From: Acidobacteriota bacterium
GTDB lineage: Bacteria; Acidobacteriota; UBA6911; JACQSX01
Length of the DNA stretch: 23,964 nucleotides
Assembly: GCA_036507075.1 (NCBI GenBank)
Contig: DASXQR010000058.1
Span: forward strand, 1-23,964
Direction of reading: 5' to 3'
Every line of letters starts with the position of its first letter. The first letter of the stretch is position 1. The notes below the pieces were generated by a model. That model worked only from the letters and a program-made list of their open reading frames with translations, was not told the DNA's origin and ran no database searches. A program made the translations under genes and the position numbers. Shown piece after piece: positions 8,544 to 16,777 of the stretch.

Positions 8544-9368
8544 CTACTTCCTTCTCATCAGCAACAACATTCCAAGAGAGCCTAGCCCGAGGGCTTCGCC
8601 CTGCATGGAGCCGTAGGCGTGAAAATCGGTGAATCCGCACCTCTCGGCCAGCCGGCACAGCTCTCCGCAACTGTAAACCCGCTGTGACGCAGGACGTGTT
8701 TCCATCTTTCCATCTCGAATAAACGTGTAATCTATTTCCAACCGGGAACTATATACGTCGTAGCGCCCCGCGGACAGAAAACAGATGTCGCCAATCTGAA
8801 ACCATTTCCTTTCCTGGTAGTGGGGCAGCAGGGCTTCGGCACAGCTTCCGCTGATGATAAAACCGGCTCCAGATTTCAGTGTGCCGGCCATAGCGGTAAG
8901 AAATTGCTCGTTTTCGTGGTCCTGCAGATAGCCAAAGCTGTTTCCAAAACAAAACGCTCCGTCAAAGGCAGCTTCCCACGGAAGGTCGCGCATATCACTG
9001 CACTTCCAATGCACGCGGTTATGCAGCATCTCGGAGGCAGCTCTTGCCTGGTCGATATTCTCCGGGGCAATGTCCACACCGGTCACATGCAGTCCCCGCG
9101 CGGCCAGTTCCAGGGCCAGCCGGCCATTTCCGCAAGGCACGTCAAGCACATGGTCGCGCGGGTTCAGTTGCAGCATGCTCTGAATGAAGTCGGCTTCCTT
9201 TCGGGTCTGTTCCGAGCTCATTGCCGCCTTCCAAAAATCCAGCGCGATGCCATGAAAGAAAGTGCTCCACCAGTCATGCGGCGCGGTGGCCCCTTCATCG
9301 CGGCTTCCTGAAAGCGGCGCTCCTGTCGTTGAATTCGAACTCAAAGTAGTCTTTTGTTGCTGTGACAT
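8544..9368 (-). CDS. Class I SAM-dependent methyltransferase
   Basis: Motif I VLDVPCGNGR, VTGVD, SDMRDLP, FDGAFCFGNSFGY. Confidence 0.92.
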   Translation of the reverse strand: MSQQQKTTLSSNSTTGAPLSGSRDEGATAPHDWWSTFFHGIALDFWKAAMSSEQTRKEADFIQSMLQLNPRDHVLDVPCGNGRLALELAARGLHVTGVDIAPENIDQARAASEMLHNRVHWKCSDMRDLPWEAAFDGAFCFGNSFGYLQDHENEQFLTAMAGTLKSGAGFIISGSCAEALLPHYQERKWFQIGDICFLSAGRYDVYSSRLEIDYTFIRDGKMETRPASQRVYSCGELCRLAERCGFTDFHAYGSMQGEALGLGSLGMLLLMRRK

Positions 9369-9592
9369 GGGATTGTTTCCTTTTTACTTGGCGCGGTCCG
9401 AGCATGGGCGCTCAAACCACAGCCAAGGTTAGTGTTTCGAAAGCAAATACTGCCGAGGGTACCCGGGGTGTAAAACAGCCTTACAGTACGATGTACCGTT
9501 TTCCAGCCCGGCGGTATAGAGGGATCTGGTTAGACAATCATAGGCGTTAGCGGAATATGATAACCCACCTGGAGCGAAGATCGAAAAACTTA

Positions 9593-9632
9593 TTCACCAC
9601 AGAGACACAGTGCAGCATTGCCGCAACCAAAA
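9593..9632 (+). repeat. 40-bp motif TTCACCACAGAG-N15-GCCGCAACCAAAA (copy 1)
   Basis: The same two blocks with identical spacing recur at 13346 and, degenerate, at 23677. Confidence 0.8.
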
Positions 9633-9685
9633 AGCCATCTACGTCCACGAGCACGAGCACGTCAACGGGCACGACTACGATTACG
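9631..9685. repeat. Solitary 6-bp-period ACGNNY array
   Basis: AAAGCCATCT ACGTCC ACGAGC ACGAGC ACGTCA ACGGGC ACGACT ACGATT ACG; close to the reverse complement of 20732-20787. Confidence 0.9.
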
Positions 9686-9734
9686 CCTGACGTCCAACGT
9701 ATTCAGATTCGGTCGCCGTGGAACGCCGTGTTCA

Positions 9735-9765
9735 ATTCCGCATTCCGCATTCCGAAATCCACATT
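9735..9765. repeat. Solitary TTCCGCA-family arm
   Basis: ATTCCGCATTCCGCATTCCGAAATCCACATT differs by one base from 17359-17389 and lies 20 nt past the stop of the sigma-4 gene. Confidence 0.9.
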
Positions 9766-9785
9766 TTAAATTAAGCCGCTGCTGA

Positions 9786-10031
9786 TTAGACGTGAGCCTG
9801 GGTCAAAGAACGACGCAAGGAGCGGTAAAACAGGGTGTAGGCGGTATTGATCAAGGAAGCGATGTCTTTCTCACTGACCCGCACTTGATTTGCAATTTCG
9901 GCAGGCGTTTTTCCATGGTAACGGCTGAGAACAAAGACCTGGCGCAACAATTCGGGCATCTCATTGATGCTTGCCAGAATCAGGTCAAACAATTCCTCTC
10001 TGGTCTCCTGAGCTTTTAATGTCTGCTGCAT
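9786..10031 (-). CDS. Small stand-alone sigma-70 region 4-like helix-turn-helix protein (81 aa)
   Basis: SINEMPELLRQVFVLSRYHGKTPAEIANQVRVSEKDIASLINTAYTLF matches the ECF region-4 pattern (LP..R.VF.L....G.S..EIA..L..S...V...L..A). GGGAGAGG lies just upstream of ATG 10031. The upstream ORF extension is REP-derived. Confidence 0.75.
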   Translation of the reverse strand: MQQTLKAQETREELFDLILASINEMPELLRQVFVLSRYHGKTPAEIANQVRVSEKDIASLINTAYTLFYRSLRRSLTQAHV

Positions 10032-10073
10032 AAATCCTCTCCCGATAACCCGTAAACCCGACTTTCGCGACGC

Positions 10074-10172
10074 CTGGAGAGACGGCCTGAGGGCCGTCTC
10101 TCGGCGATGTAAACTGCCAAGCTGAGACGGCCTGAGGGCCAAACTGAGACGGCCTGAGGGCCGTCTCTCCAG
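10074..10172. repeat. REP-like palindrome cluster (GAGAGACGGCC-TGAG-GGCCGTCTCTC; two full or near-full copies, one truncated)
   Basis: Copies at 10077-10102 (11-bp stem, 4-nt loop), 10124-10140 (partial) and 10146-10167. The cluster is bounded by a 14-bp inverted repeat, 10074-10087 / 10159-10172. Confidence 0.92.
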
Positions 10173-10404
10173 TCCCAAAGATGTCCAAACTCCACGCAGC
10201 GACGCGGCATGTCACGTCACTACAAATGTCGAAAACTCCCGAACCAGGCGCCGGTTCTTCTTATTAGACTGAACTCGCAAAAAAAGGTTGGCCAAAATCA
10301 AACTTCCAACGCAGGCTGCGCAAAATTGGACTGCCTCGGTATGCTAACGGCAGAGGCAAGCGCTCTGCCGGGAGGTTTCCCGGGCTGCTTGCCAGGGAGG
10401 CACA

Positions 10405-10917
10405 TTGAGAAAATTCCTGATTTTGGCGTTGTTGCTTTCTTTCCTTTTTCCGCGAGCTCTTGTTTCCCAAAGAAAGCCGCCCAAGCAGCGGCCTCCCGCA
10501 TCCGCATCCGAACAGCAGCCCACTGCGGAAATCGGCGCGCAGGCGATGGGGCTGGCCGAGCAACTGAAGCTCTTGAGCCGCTTCCTCTATATATACGGAA
10601 AAATTTCGGCGGGTTTCGAAACCGCTGACGAACAATTACGGCGCGGCGAAATCTCCGAGACGGTGCTGGAGCAGATAACCCGAAGCAAGGCGGCGGTGGC
10701 CGGCAACATAAGCGCTTTCCGGGCGGGCTTGAAGAAACTGGAGCCGGCGTTCAAAACCACGCCTCGATTGCAGCCGCTTTATCCGAGGCTTACCGCGATT
10801 TCCGACACCATCGCGGGAGCCGAACAGCTCGCTTCCGCGAACAGATTCGACGAAGCTGGAAAAACTCTGGTGGCCGCCGCAGAAAAAATGACCGATCTAC
10901 TGGCAAGCATGAAATAA
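10405..10917 (+). CDS. Secreted hypothetical protein, probably all-helical
   Basis: AGGGAGG RBS before a TTG start; signal peptide MRKFLILALLLSFLFPRALVS; Pro/Gln linker followed by amphipathic helices. No family recognised. Confidence 0.75.
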   Translation: MRKFLILALLLSFLFPRALVSQRKPPKQRPPASASEQQPTAEIGAQAMGLAEQLKLLSRFLYIYGKISAGFETADEQLRRGEISETVLEQITRSKAAVAGNISAFRAGLKKLEPAFKTTPRLQPLYPRLTAISDTIAGAEQLASANRFDEAGKTLVAAAEKMTDLLASMK

Positions 10918-10947
10918 ACTGGCATCCGCTGATATACAAAACGCTTC

Positions 10948-11931
10948 TCAGGAGTTTCCGCGCCGGGCGGCCAGGTATCCCTGCCGGGCCCGGACCCTGA
11001 GATCGGGCCGGGACGGAATTCGCACGCTGATTCTTCTGAATTCTCCATCCTCGCTGCTGCCGGCCGGGTAATAGCCCAGCAGGTATTGAGCCTGCAGTTC
11101 GGCGGCGATGCGTTTGAAAAGACCTTCCAGGTCTTCCAGCTTTGCCGGAACAAAAGCCGCGCCGCTCTGCGACGCCAGCTTCTCCATCCCTTCCTGCGCT
11201 TTCAGGCTGATTTTATTGAGCCGGATCGCTTCGCCACTCGGATTGATGGAATAAAAAATGCAATCGGTGCGCTGCAGCTCGCGCACCGCGTCCGCTAATC
11301 TGAACCGATCGCTGTTGGTGTCCTCCCCGTCCGAAATCACCACCAGCACCCTGCGCGTGCCCGGACTTTGGGCTTTGCTCAGAAAGCGGGCCGCGGCAGC
11401 GACCGTGTCAAAGAAGGCGGTTGGCTCGCGCGTCGGATGAAGACTTAAAACGGCCGCCGCCACGCGGTCCGCTTCGGCGCTCGGTTGCTGGACCAGTTTT
11501 GGTTCTTTCCCGATAACAAACAGACTGGCTCTGTCACCCGTCTTCATCACCGCTTTGAGAAAGCGCGCCGCCGCCTGCTGCTCAAATTCAAACCGCTCCC
11601 GCACGCTGGCTGACACGTCAAACAGCAGCGCCATGTCGAGCGGTGTCTTTCCGGGCTCTCCCAGCGAGAACACTTCCTGTGGTTTCCCGTTTTCTTCCAC
11701 CCTGAATTCGTCGGCTTTGAGACTGCGAACCCACTGGCCGGAAGAATCGGTGACAGAGACCGGAACGGCGACCAGATTGGACGCCACTCGGATAACACTG
11801 CCTTGTGCGGGCGGGGAAGTTGCGCCTTGTGCCTGGGCCTGAGTTTGCGCGACCGGCGAGCCGAGCGACAAAAGCGGCATCAGCGCCAGGAATCTCTTGA
11901 ATGCAAGACGAACCGACTTAAGTTTGGACAT
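10948..11931 (-). CDS. VWA domain protein (VWFA-related acidobacterial type)
   Basis: MIDAS motif DVSAS, TAFFD, VISDGEDT; N-terminal IRVASNLVAVPVSVTD..G and C-terminal QYLLGYYP...FRRISV...VRARQGY typical of this family; signal-like N-terminus. Start uncertain (11946, 11931 or 11880). Confidence 0.9.
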   Translation of the reverse strand: MSKLKSVRLAFKRFLALMPLLSLGSPVAQTQAQAQGATSPPAQGSVIRVASNLVAVPVSVTDSSGQWVRSLKADEFRVEENGKPQEVFSLGEPGKTPLDMALLFDVSASVRERFEFEQQAAARFLKAVMKTGDRASLFVIGKEPKLVQQPSAEADRVAAAVLSLHPTREPTAFFDTVAAAARFLSKAQSPGTRRVLVVISDGEDTNSDRFRLADAVRELQRTDCIFYSINPSGEAIRLNKISLKAQEGMEKLASQSGAAFVPAKLEDLEGLFKRIAAELQAQYLLGYYPAGSSEDGEFRRISVRIPSRPDLRVRARQGYLAARRGNS

Positions 11932-12016
11932 TTTCGGACGCGACAAGAACGCTGATGGCGGAGCCCCGCACGTCAGGGCGTATTGCTCAGGTAATCGGGC
12001 TGCTGATTCGGAACAT

Positions 12017-12126
12017 CGCTTTCACCGCCGAGCCGCCGAGCACGCCAAGCTGCGCAGAGGTTAGCAACGGGATCTCTGCGGAAACTCGGCGTTCTTTGCG
12101 GCTCTGCGGTGAGTGCAACGTGGCCG
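12017..12126 (+). mobile_element. 110-bp MITE-like palindromic element, 9-mer family (copy A)
   Basis: TTCACCGCCGAGCC...GGCTCTGCGGTGA hairpin. A homologue of the same length lies at 18212-18321 and shares the non-palindromic tail CAACGTGGCCG. Mobility is inferred from dispersal only. Confidence 0.7.
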
Positions 12127-12160
12127 CCCCATCAGTCTTGCCGATGGAAGCCCAGTGGCG

Positions 12161-13198
12161 TCACTGACTGGAAGAATGCATTTCGGCAGAAGCTACAAGG
12201 CCGCGATTTACCAGAATCTTCACTTCCACGCGACGATTCTGCTTCCGTCCTTCACGTGTGGAATTGTCGGCCACCGGCTGAGACTCTCCATAGCCGAACG
12301 GCGTGATGATGCGCCGCAGCGGAATCATATGATTCTCAGCCAGATAGCGAACCACAGCGTCGGCGCGTCGCTGGCTCAATCGACGGTTCAAGCTTTCGCT
12401 TCCATCAGCCGAGGCAAAGCCGGTGACTTCGATGACGTAGCCCTTTTCAGTCTTCGCTTCAGTGGCGATCTGATCCAGCGCCGCCTTTGCGTCCGGCGAA
12501 AGCACGAAGCTTCCGACCTTGAAATTCACAATAATACTCTTCTGGGCATCGTATTCATCCAGGCTGGTGATTCTGCTATTGGCGGCCTGCACCCCTGACA
12601 CTGCATTATCGGCGCGCGACATGGCGTCCTGGGCACGCGACAGAGCCGTATCGGCTGTTTCCTGAGCCGCTCTCGCTCCGCCCCGGGCGGCGTTGGAAAC
12701 GGCGTTCAATTCCTCAATCTGGCCCGACAGCCGCTGCGCGTTCTGCTCGCTTTGGCCAAGCCGCTCCTCTACAGGTGTGACTCTGGTGTCGACCGTCTGC
12801 GCCACCTTCAAATCGCGGTCCGAGAGTTTGATCTTCTGGGCCACCATCGCTCCCGAGCTGTCACCGCGACCTTCCACTTCCAGGTTGAGGCCGCGCAGCA
12901 GTTGTGTAGTGGCGTAATTTTTCGGACGGCTGAACAAGCCGCTCTTCTTCTCACGCACCTGCGTCTCGGCGGTTAGTTTTACGGTGCGGTCGATGCCGCC
13001 TTCATCGCGGAGAATGAAACTGTCCGCATCTCGATGAACGATTACGCCCTTGATGGTGTGTTTTTGAATCGAAACAGGCACGGTCTGATGGATGTTTTCA
13101 ACCGTGTCCTTATCGGGATTAACTTGCGCCAGAACCGGCGCCAGGCTCACTAAAGAAAAAAGCAGTAAAAACAAAAATAGCGGTTGGATTCTTTTCAT
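12161..13198 (-). CDS. OmpA-family peptidoglycan-binding protein with N-terminal beta domain (DUF5666-like) and alanine-rich coiled coil
   Basis: GGAGG RBS before MKRIQPLF signal peptide; OmpA C-terminal motifs IEVTGFA, NRRLSQRRADAV, GYGESQPVADN, NRRVE. Confidence 0.92.
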   Translation of the reverse strand: MKRIQPLFLFLLLFSLVSLAPVLAQVNPDKDTVENIHQTVPVSIQKHTIKGVIVHRDADSFILRDEGGIDRTVKLTAETQVREKKSGLFSRPKNYATTQLLRGLNLEVEGRGDSSGAMVAQKIKLSDRDLKVAQTVDTRVTPVEERLGQSEQNAQRLSGQIEELNAVSNAARGGARAAQETADTALSRAQDAMSRADNAVSGVQAANSRITSLDEYDAQKSIIVNFKVGSFVLSPDAKAALDQIATEAKTEKGYVIEVTGFASADGSESLNRRLSQRRADAVVRYLAENHMIPLRRIITPFGYGESQPVADNSTREGRKQNRRVEVKILVNRGLVASAEMHSSSQ

Positions 13199-13291
13199 AC
13201 AGCTTCCCTCCAAAAGTTGGACTGCGGTTAAACCGTCAGCAACTCGGCGCTTGCCGTAGCTTCGAACCCCCAAAATCAGTCTAGCATCGCA

Positions 13292-13307
13292 TGCAAACCG
13301 ATTCCCA
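13292..13307 (-). promoter_or_regulatory. Weak candidate sigma-54 promoter of the OmpA gene
   Basis: Minus strand TGGGAATCGGTTTGCA = GG-N10-GC with TTGCA, but the -24 box deviates from TGGC. Confidence 0.25.
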
Positions 13308-13345
13308 TTTTGAGTCCCTGGTTTGGCTGCCATCGGGAAAAAAAC

Positions 13346-13385
13346 TTCACCACAGAGGTCGAGCGCGGCGAAGCCGCAACCAAAA
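13346..13385 (+). repeat. 40-bp motif TTCACCACAGAG-N15-GCCGCAACCAAAA (copy 2)
   Basis: Contains the mini-hairpin GCGGC-GAA-GCCGC; spacing identical to the copy at 9593. Confidence 0.8.
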
Positions 13386-13390
13386 GTCAA

Positions 13391-13461
13391 GGAGAGACGG
13401 CCTGAGGGCCGTCTCTCTGCGGTGTCCTGCCAAGCTGCGACGGCCCTCAAGCCGTCTCTCC
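13391..13461. repeat. REPIN-like doublet: two inverted REP-like palindromes with conserved spacer
   Basis: 13392-13417 is identical to 10077-10102. 13439-13461 is an inverted copy with loop variant CTCA. Spacer segment TGCCAAGCTG is shared with the 10074 cluster. Confidence 0.9.
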
Positions 13462-13524
13462 GCTCCCGAATAATTTGCGCAGGCCGCGAAAATTCTCATG
13501 GTTAGTAGTACAGAGGACACAGAA

Positions 13525-13642
13525 TTGTCCGTTGTCCGTGGCCCATTGTCAGTTGCCGCTCCTGTCGGACAGTATGCAATAACCACTGACAACGGGTCAC
13601 TGACAACGGGCCACTGACAACGGGCCACTGACAACGGACAAC
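13525..13642. repeat. Inverted heptamer arrays TTGTCCG / (CACTGAC-AACGGGC)x4
   Basis: Left arm 13525-13555; right arm 13584-13642 with four 14-bp units. Confidence 0.93.
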
Positions 13643-13742
13643 TTGCAGCCAAACTAGATCCCTACCCGAATTCTCTATCTTCTTGACTCTTCTGCCCCTG
13701 TTCGAAGCAAAATAGAAACCACCTTTTTCTTCCGAGGAGCCC

Positions 13743-15032
13743 ATGACGATCAGCCGCAGAGATTTCGTGAAAACGTCCGTTGCAGCGACCTTTGCCTTTC
13801 CCGCGATTCGCGTCGCCGGAGCGCAAAACTCCAGATATCGTACGGCCCTGGTCGGGACCGGCTGGTGGGGAATGAACATCCTCGGCGTCGCAATGGAATC
13901 TGGAGCATGCAAGGTTATTGCCATGTGCGACGTGGATCAGAACCAACTGGATCCTGCCGTGGAGCGCGTCGTCAAGGCGAGCGGGGACCAGCCTAAGAAA
14001 TACCACGATTATCGCGAGCTTCTGAATCAGGAAAAACCCGAAATAGTGATCGTGGCGACGCCCGATCACTGGCACCCGCTGGTGATGATTGCAGCCGTGC
14101 AGGCGGGAGCGCACGTGTATGTGGAAAAACCGATCGGCCACACCATCAGGGAAGGGCGCGCCATGGTCAGGGCGGCGCGTGAAAGCAATCGTATTGTCCA
14201 GGTGGGAACCCACCGCCGGGTCTCTCCGCACAACGTATCCGGCATGAATTTTCTCAAATCAGGTAAGGCCGGAAAGATTGGAATGGCGCGAGCCTTCGTG
14301 CATTACGGGGGAGGCCCAGGACAAAAAACTGCGGATTCGGAGCCGCCGCCGGGCTTGGATTGGAACATGTGGTGCGGTCCGGCGCCGTATCGCGCATTCA
14401 ACAAGGCCATCCACCCGAAGGGCTTTCGCCAGTTTCTTGATTATGCCAACGGTACGCTTGGAGACTGGGGAATCCACTGGATGGATCAAATCCTGTGGTG
14501 GACCGATGAGAAGTATCCAAAGAAGGTCTTTTCCGCGGGCGGACGCCACATAAAGCGCGACACCACCGACGCACCCGACACCCAGGTGGCCAGCTTTGAA
14601 TTCGAAACATTCACAGCCGTGTGGGAGCATCGCCAGTATGCCCATAACAACGCCGAGAAAACGAACATCGGCGCTTACTTTTACGGCACGGAAGGCACCT
14701 TCCACATGGGATGGCAGGATGGCTGGACCTTCTATCCGGCCGACCCGAAGAAGCCGGTGATCCATGAAGAGCCGAAGCTGAACAAGCCCGACGATCAGAA
14801 CATCCGGGAACTCTTTGCCGATTTTCTGGAGAGCGTCAAGACCGGAAGACGATCGCTGTGCGACATTGAAGTGGGACATCGTTCCACCAACATGAGTCTT
14901 CTGGGAATGCTGTCGCTGAAACTGGGGAGAAGCATTCGATGGGACGGCGAAAAAGAGGAGATCATCGGCGACCCTGAAGCAAACAAGCTCCTCAGTCGCC
15001 CCTACCGGGCGCCCTGGGTATATCCGGCCTGA
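13743..15032 (+). CDS. Gfo/Idh/MocA family oxidoreductase with twin-arginine signal
   Basis: GAGGAG RBS; SRRDFVK Tat motif; GTGWWG nucleotide-binding motif, ATPDHWH, YVEKP, LDWNMWCGPAP, DWGIHWMD. Confidence 0.93.
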   Translation: MTISRRDFVKTSVAATFAFPAIRVAGAQNSRYRTALVGTGWWGMNILGVAMESGACKVIAMCDVDQNQLDPAVERVVKASGDQPKKYHDYRELLNQEKPEIVIVATPDHWHPLVMIAAVQAGAHVYVEKPIGHTIREGRAMVRAARESNRIVQVGTHRRVSPHNVSGMNFLKSGKAGKIGMARAFVHYGGGPGQKTADSEPPPGLDWNMWCGPAPYRAFNKAIHPKGFRQFLDYANGTLGDWGIHWMDQILWWTDEKYPKKVFSAGGRHIKRDTTDAPDTQVASFEFETFTAVWEHRQYAHNNAEKTNIGAYFYGTEGTFHMGWQDGWTFYPADPKKPVIHEEPKLNKPDDQNIRELFADFLESVKTGRRSLCDIEVGHRSTNMSLLGMLSLKLGRSIRWDGEKEEIIGDPEANKLLSRPYRAPWVYPA

Positions 15033-15106
15033 GTTACGGGTTGGCGGGTCGACCGGTTACGGGTTCAGTGGTGAAAAAGAAATTCTTCGCGTTCTTGGCG
15101 GTTCAA
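15031..15106. repeat. Two mismatched half-arrays between convergent genes (GCGGGTT-type arm plus 9-mer right arm)
   Basis: 15031-15065 GAGTTACGGGTTGGCGGGTCGACCGGTTACGGGTT overlaps the Gfo stop; 15085-15106 CTTCGCGTTCTTGGCGGTTCAA resembles 22131-22153. Confidence 0.75.
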
Positions 15107-15121
15107 TTTTTTCTCACGTTC

Positions 15122-16429
15122 TCAGTCCGCGCGCGCTTCCGCGACGGTGGAAATCTTAACGCGCCCCTTGCGGAGACTAATCACAAGCATGGCTGAGATC
15201 AGAGCTGAAGCGGCAAGATAAAGAACGCCTCCAATGAAAGAATCCGTCATGGTATTGATCTTGCCCACAATGTAAGGACCCAGAAAACCGCCCAGGTTTC
15301 CTACCGAATTAATCAGCCCGATGGACGCCGCCGCGGCCGAGCCGGTCATGAAGCTGGAGGGCAGGGACCAGAAACTGGGGAGGTAGCCGAAGAGTCCCAG
15401 GGCGGCCAGACAGAGCATTCCAATCGACAGCGCCACATTCTCAGTCAACGTGCTCAGGTAAAAGCCGACGCTCACAAGCAGAATGGCGCCGGCCGTGTGC
15501 CACCTGCGCTCCCCTGTCTTGTCCGAAGACCATCCGTTCAGCAACATCCCGGCCAAGCCGACGCAGTATGGGAGCGCGGAAACCAAAGTCACTTTGAAGT
15601 CGGAAAGCCCGGATGATTTCTTGACGATCGCCGGCAGCCAGAATGAAAAACCGTAGGAACAGGTGACGATGAAAAAGTATGCGACGGCAAGCTGCACAAC
15701 ATCGCGCTGGCGCAGCGCTTCCCAGATCCGATGCGAATGCTCGGCGCCCCTGAGCTTGCGCTCGCGCTCCAGCTCGCCGGTAAGCCACTCCCGCTCGTCG
15801 TCGGGCAGCCATTTCGCCTGTCGCGGCCAGTCGGTCAGGTAGAAAATGGTGATCACTCCGAAAAGAATCGCGGGTAAACCCTCCAGTATGAAGAGCCAGC
15901 GCCAGCCGGCCATCCCCAGCCAATTGAACTGCAGCAGGAATCCGGAAACCGGAGATCCGATAATATTGGAAATGGTAATGCCCGACGCGAAGAACGCCAG
16001 CGCCTTGGCGCGATCCTGGTAGCGAAACCAGTGGCTGAGGTACACAATGATGCCCGGGAAAAATCCGGCTTCCGCGGCGCCCAGCAGAAAGCGGATCCAG
16101 TAAAACTGGGTCTTGGTGTGAATAAACCCCATCATCACCGCCAGGATTCCCCAGGAAATCATGATGCGCGCGATCCATCCGCGCGCGCTCCAGTTTTCCA
16201 CCAGCAGCGTGCCCGGAATCTCCAACAGGAAATAACCGATGAAGAAAATTCCCGCACCTGTCCCAAAGACGGCGGCGGAAAATCCAAGATCCGCGCTCAT
16301 CGTCAGATTCGCATAGCCGACATTGACCCGATCCAGGAAAGCAATGATGTAGAGCAGCAGCAGGTAGGGCATAATGCGCCAGGTAACGCGGCGGCGGGTG
16401 CGTTCGGCAATGTCCAGCGGCACATTCAC
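15122..16429 (-). CDS. MFS transporter, anion:cation symporter family (TtuB/NicT-like)
   Basis: LDRVNVG, GIFFIGYFLLEIP, WIARIMISWG, RFLLGAAEAGFFPG, GWRWLFILEG, SDKTGERRWH, GLINSVGNLGGFLGP; many hydrophobic segments. Start is GTG 16429 or TTG 16438. Confidence 0.93.
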   Translation of the reverse strand: MNVPLDIAERTRRRVTWRIMPYLLLLYIIAFLDRVNVGYANLTMSADLGFSAAVFGTGAGIFFIGYFLLEIPGTLLVENWSARGWIARIMISWGILAVMMGFIHTKTQFYWIRFLLGAAEAGFFPGIIVYLSHWFRYQDRAKALAFFASGITISNIIGSPVSGFLLQFNWLGMAGWRWLFILEGLPAILFGVITIFYLTDWPRQAKWLPDDEREWLTGELERERKLRGAEHSHRIWEALRQRDVVQLAVAYFFIVTCSYGFSFWLPAIVKKSSGLSDFKVTLVSALPYCVGLAGMLLNGWSSDKTGERRWHTAGAILLVSVGFYLSTLTENVALSIGMLCLAALGLFGYLPSFWSLPSSFMTGSAAAASIGLINSVGNLGGFLGPYIVGKINTMTDSFIGGVLYLAASALISAMLVISLRKGRVKISTVAEARAD

Positions 16430-16502
16430 AGAGCCCAAATCCTATCATTGAATCCAAGATTCAGCACAAAGACATAGCCCGGCCGTAGACAAAAAGCCAA
16501 GG

Positions 16503-16741
16503 ACGGCCACGTGCACGTCAACGATAGACGTCAACGACCACGTCTTACGCCCTACGAGCACGATCACCACAACCTCCACGTCCTGCGTTCACGAGCACAC
16601 CGACGTCCCAGGTCGACGATTACGACAAAATGATCAGTTTCAATTCTCTGCAGCCCTGCGCCCCACCGGGCAAGATTGTGGACGTAATCGTAGACGTGGG
16701 CGTGCCCGTGGACGTGGGACGTGGACGTGCTCGTGAACGTG
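16503..16741. repeat. Inverted pair of 6-bp-period arrays (ACGNNY / RNNCGT) in a divergent spacer
   Basis: Left arm 16503-16626, right arm 16678-16741; preceded by a degenerate copy of the 40-bp motif at 16460-16500. Confidence 0.88.
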
Positions 16742-16777
16742 AGACTCGGAATCCTCTTTGGGTGTATAACTCAATGC

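Noticed and set aside
5971..9368. Aminotransferase, beta-propeller and methyltransferase as a natural-product cluster
   Set aside because: Orientations are mixed, there is no scaffold-forming enzyme, and a repeat cassette separates two of the genes.
10074..10172. Palindromic repeats with spacers as a mini-CRISPR array
   Set aside because: Spacers are 21 and 5 nt, one is conserved at a second locus, one repeat is truncated, and there are no cas genes. A REP-type element fits better.
10276..10296. TGGC...TTGC upstream of the sigma-4 gene as a sigma-54 promoter
   Set aside because: The spacing is 10 nt rather than the required 7.
13199..13652. OmpA ORF extension and small ORFs 13291..13473, 13323..13505 and 13347..13652
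   Set aside because: They are translations of REP and heptamer repeats; OmpA has a clear RBS and signal peptide at 13198.
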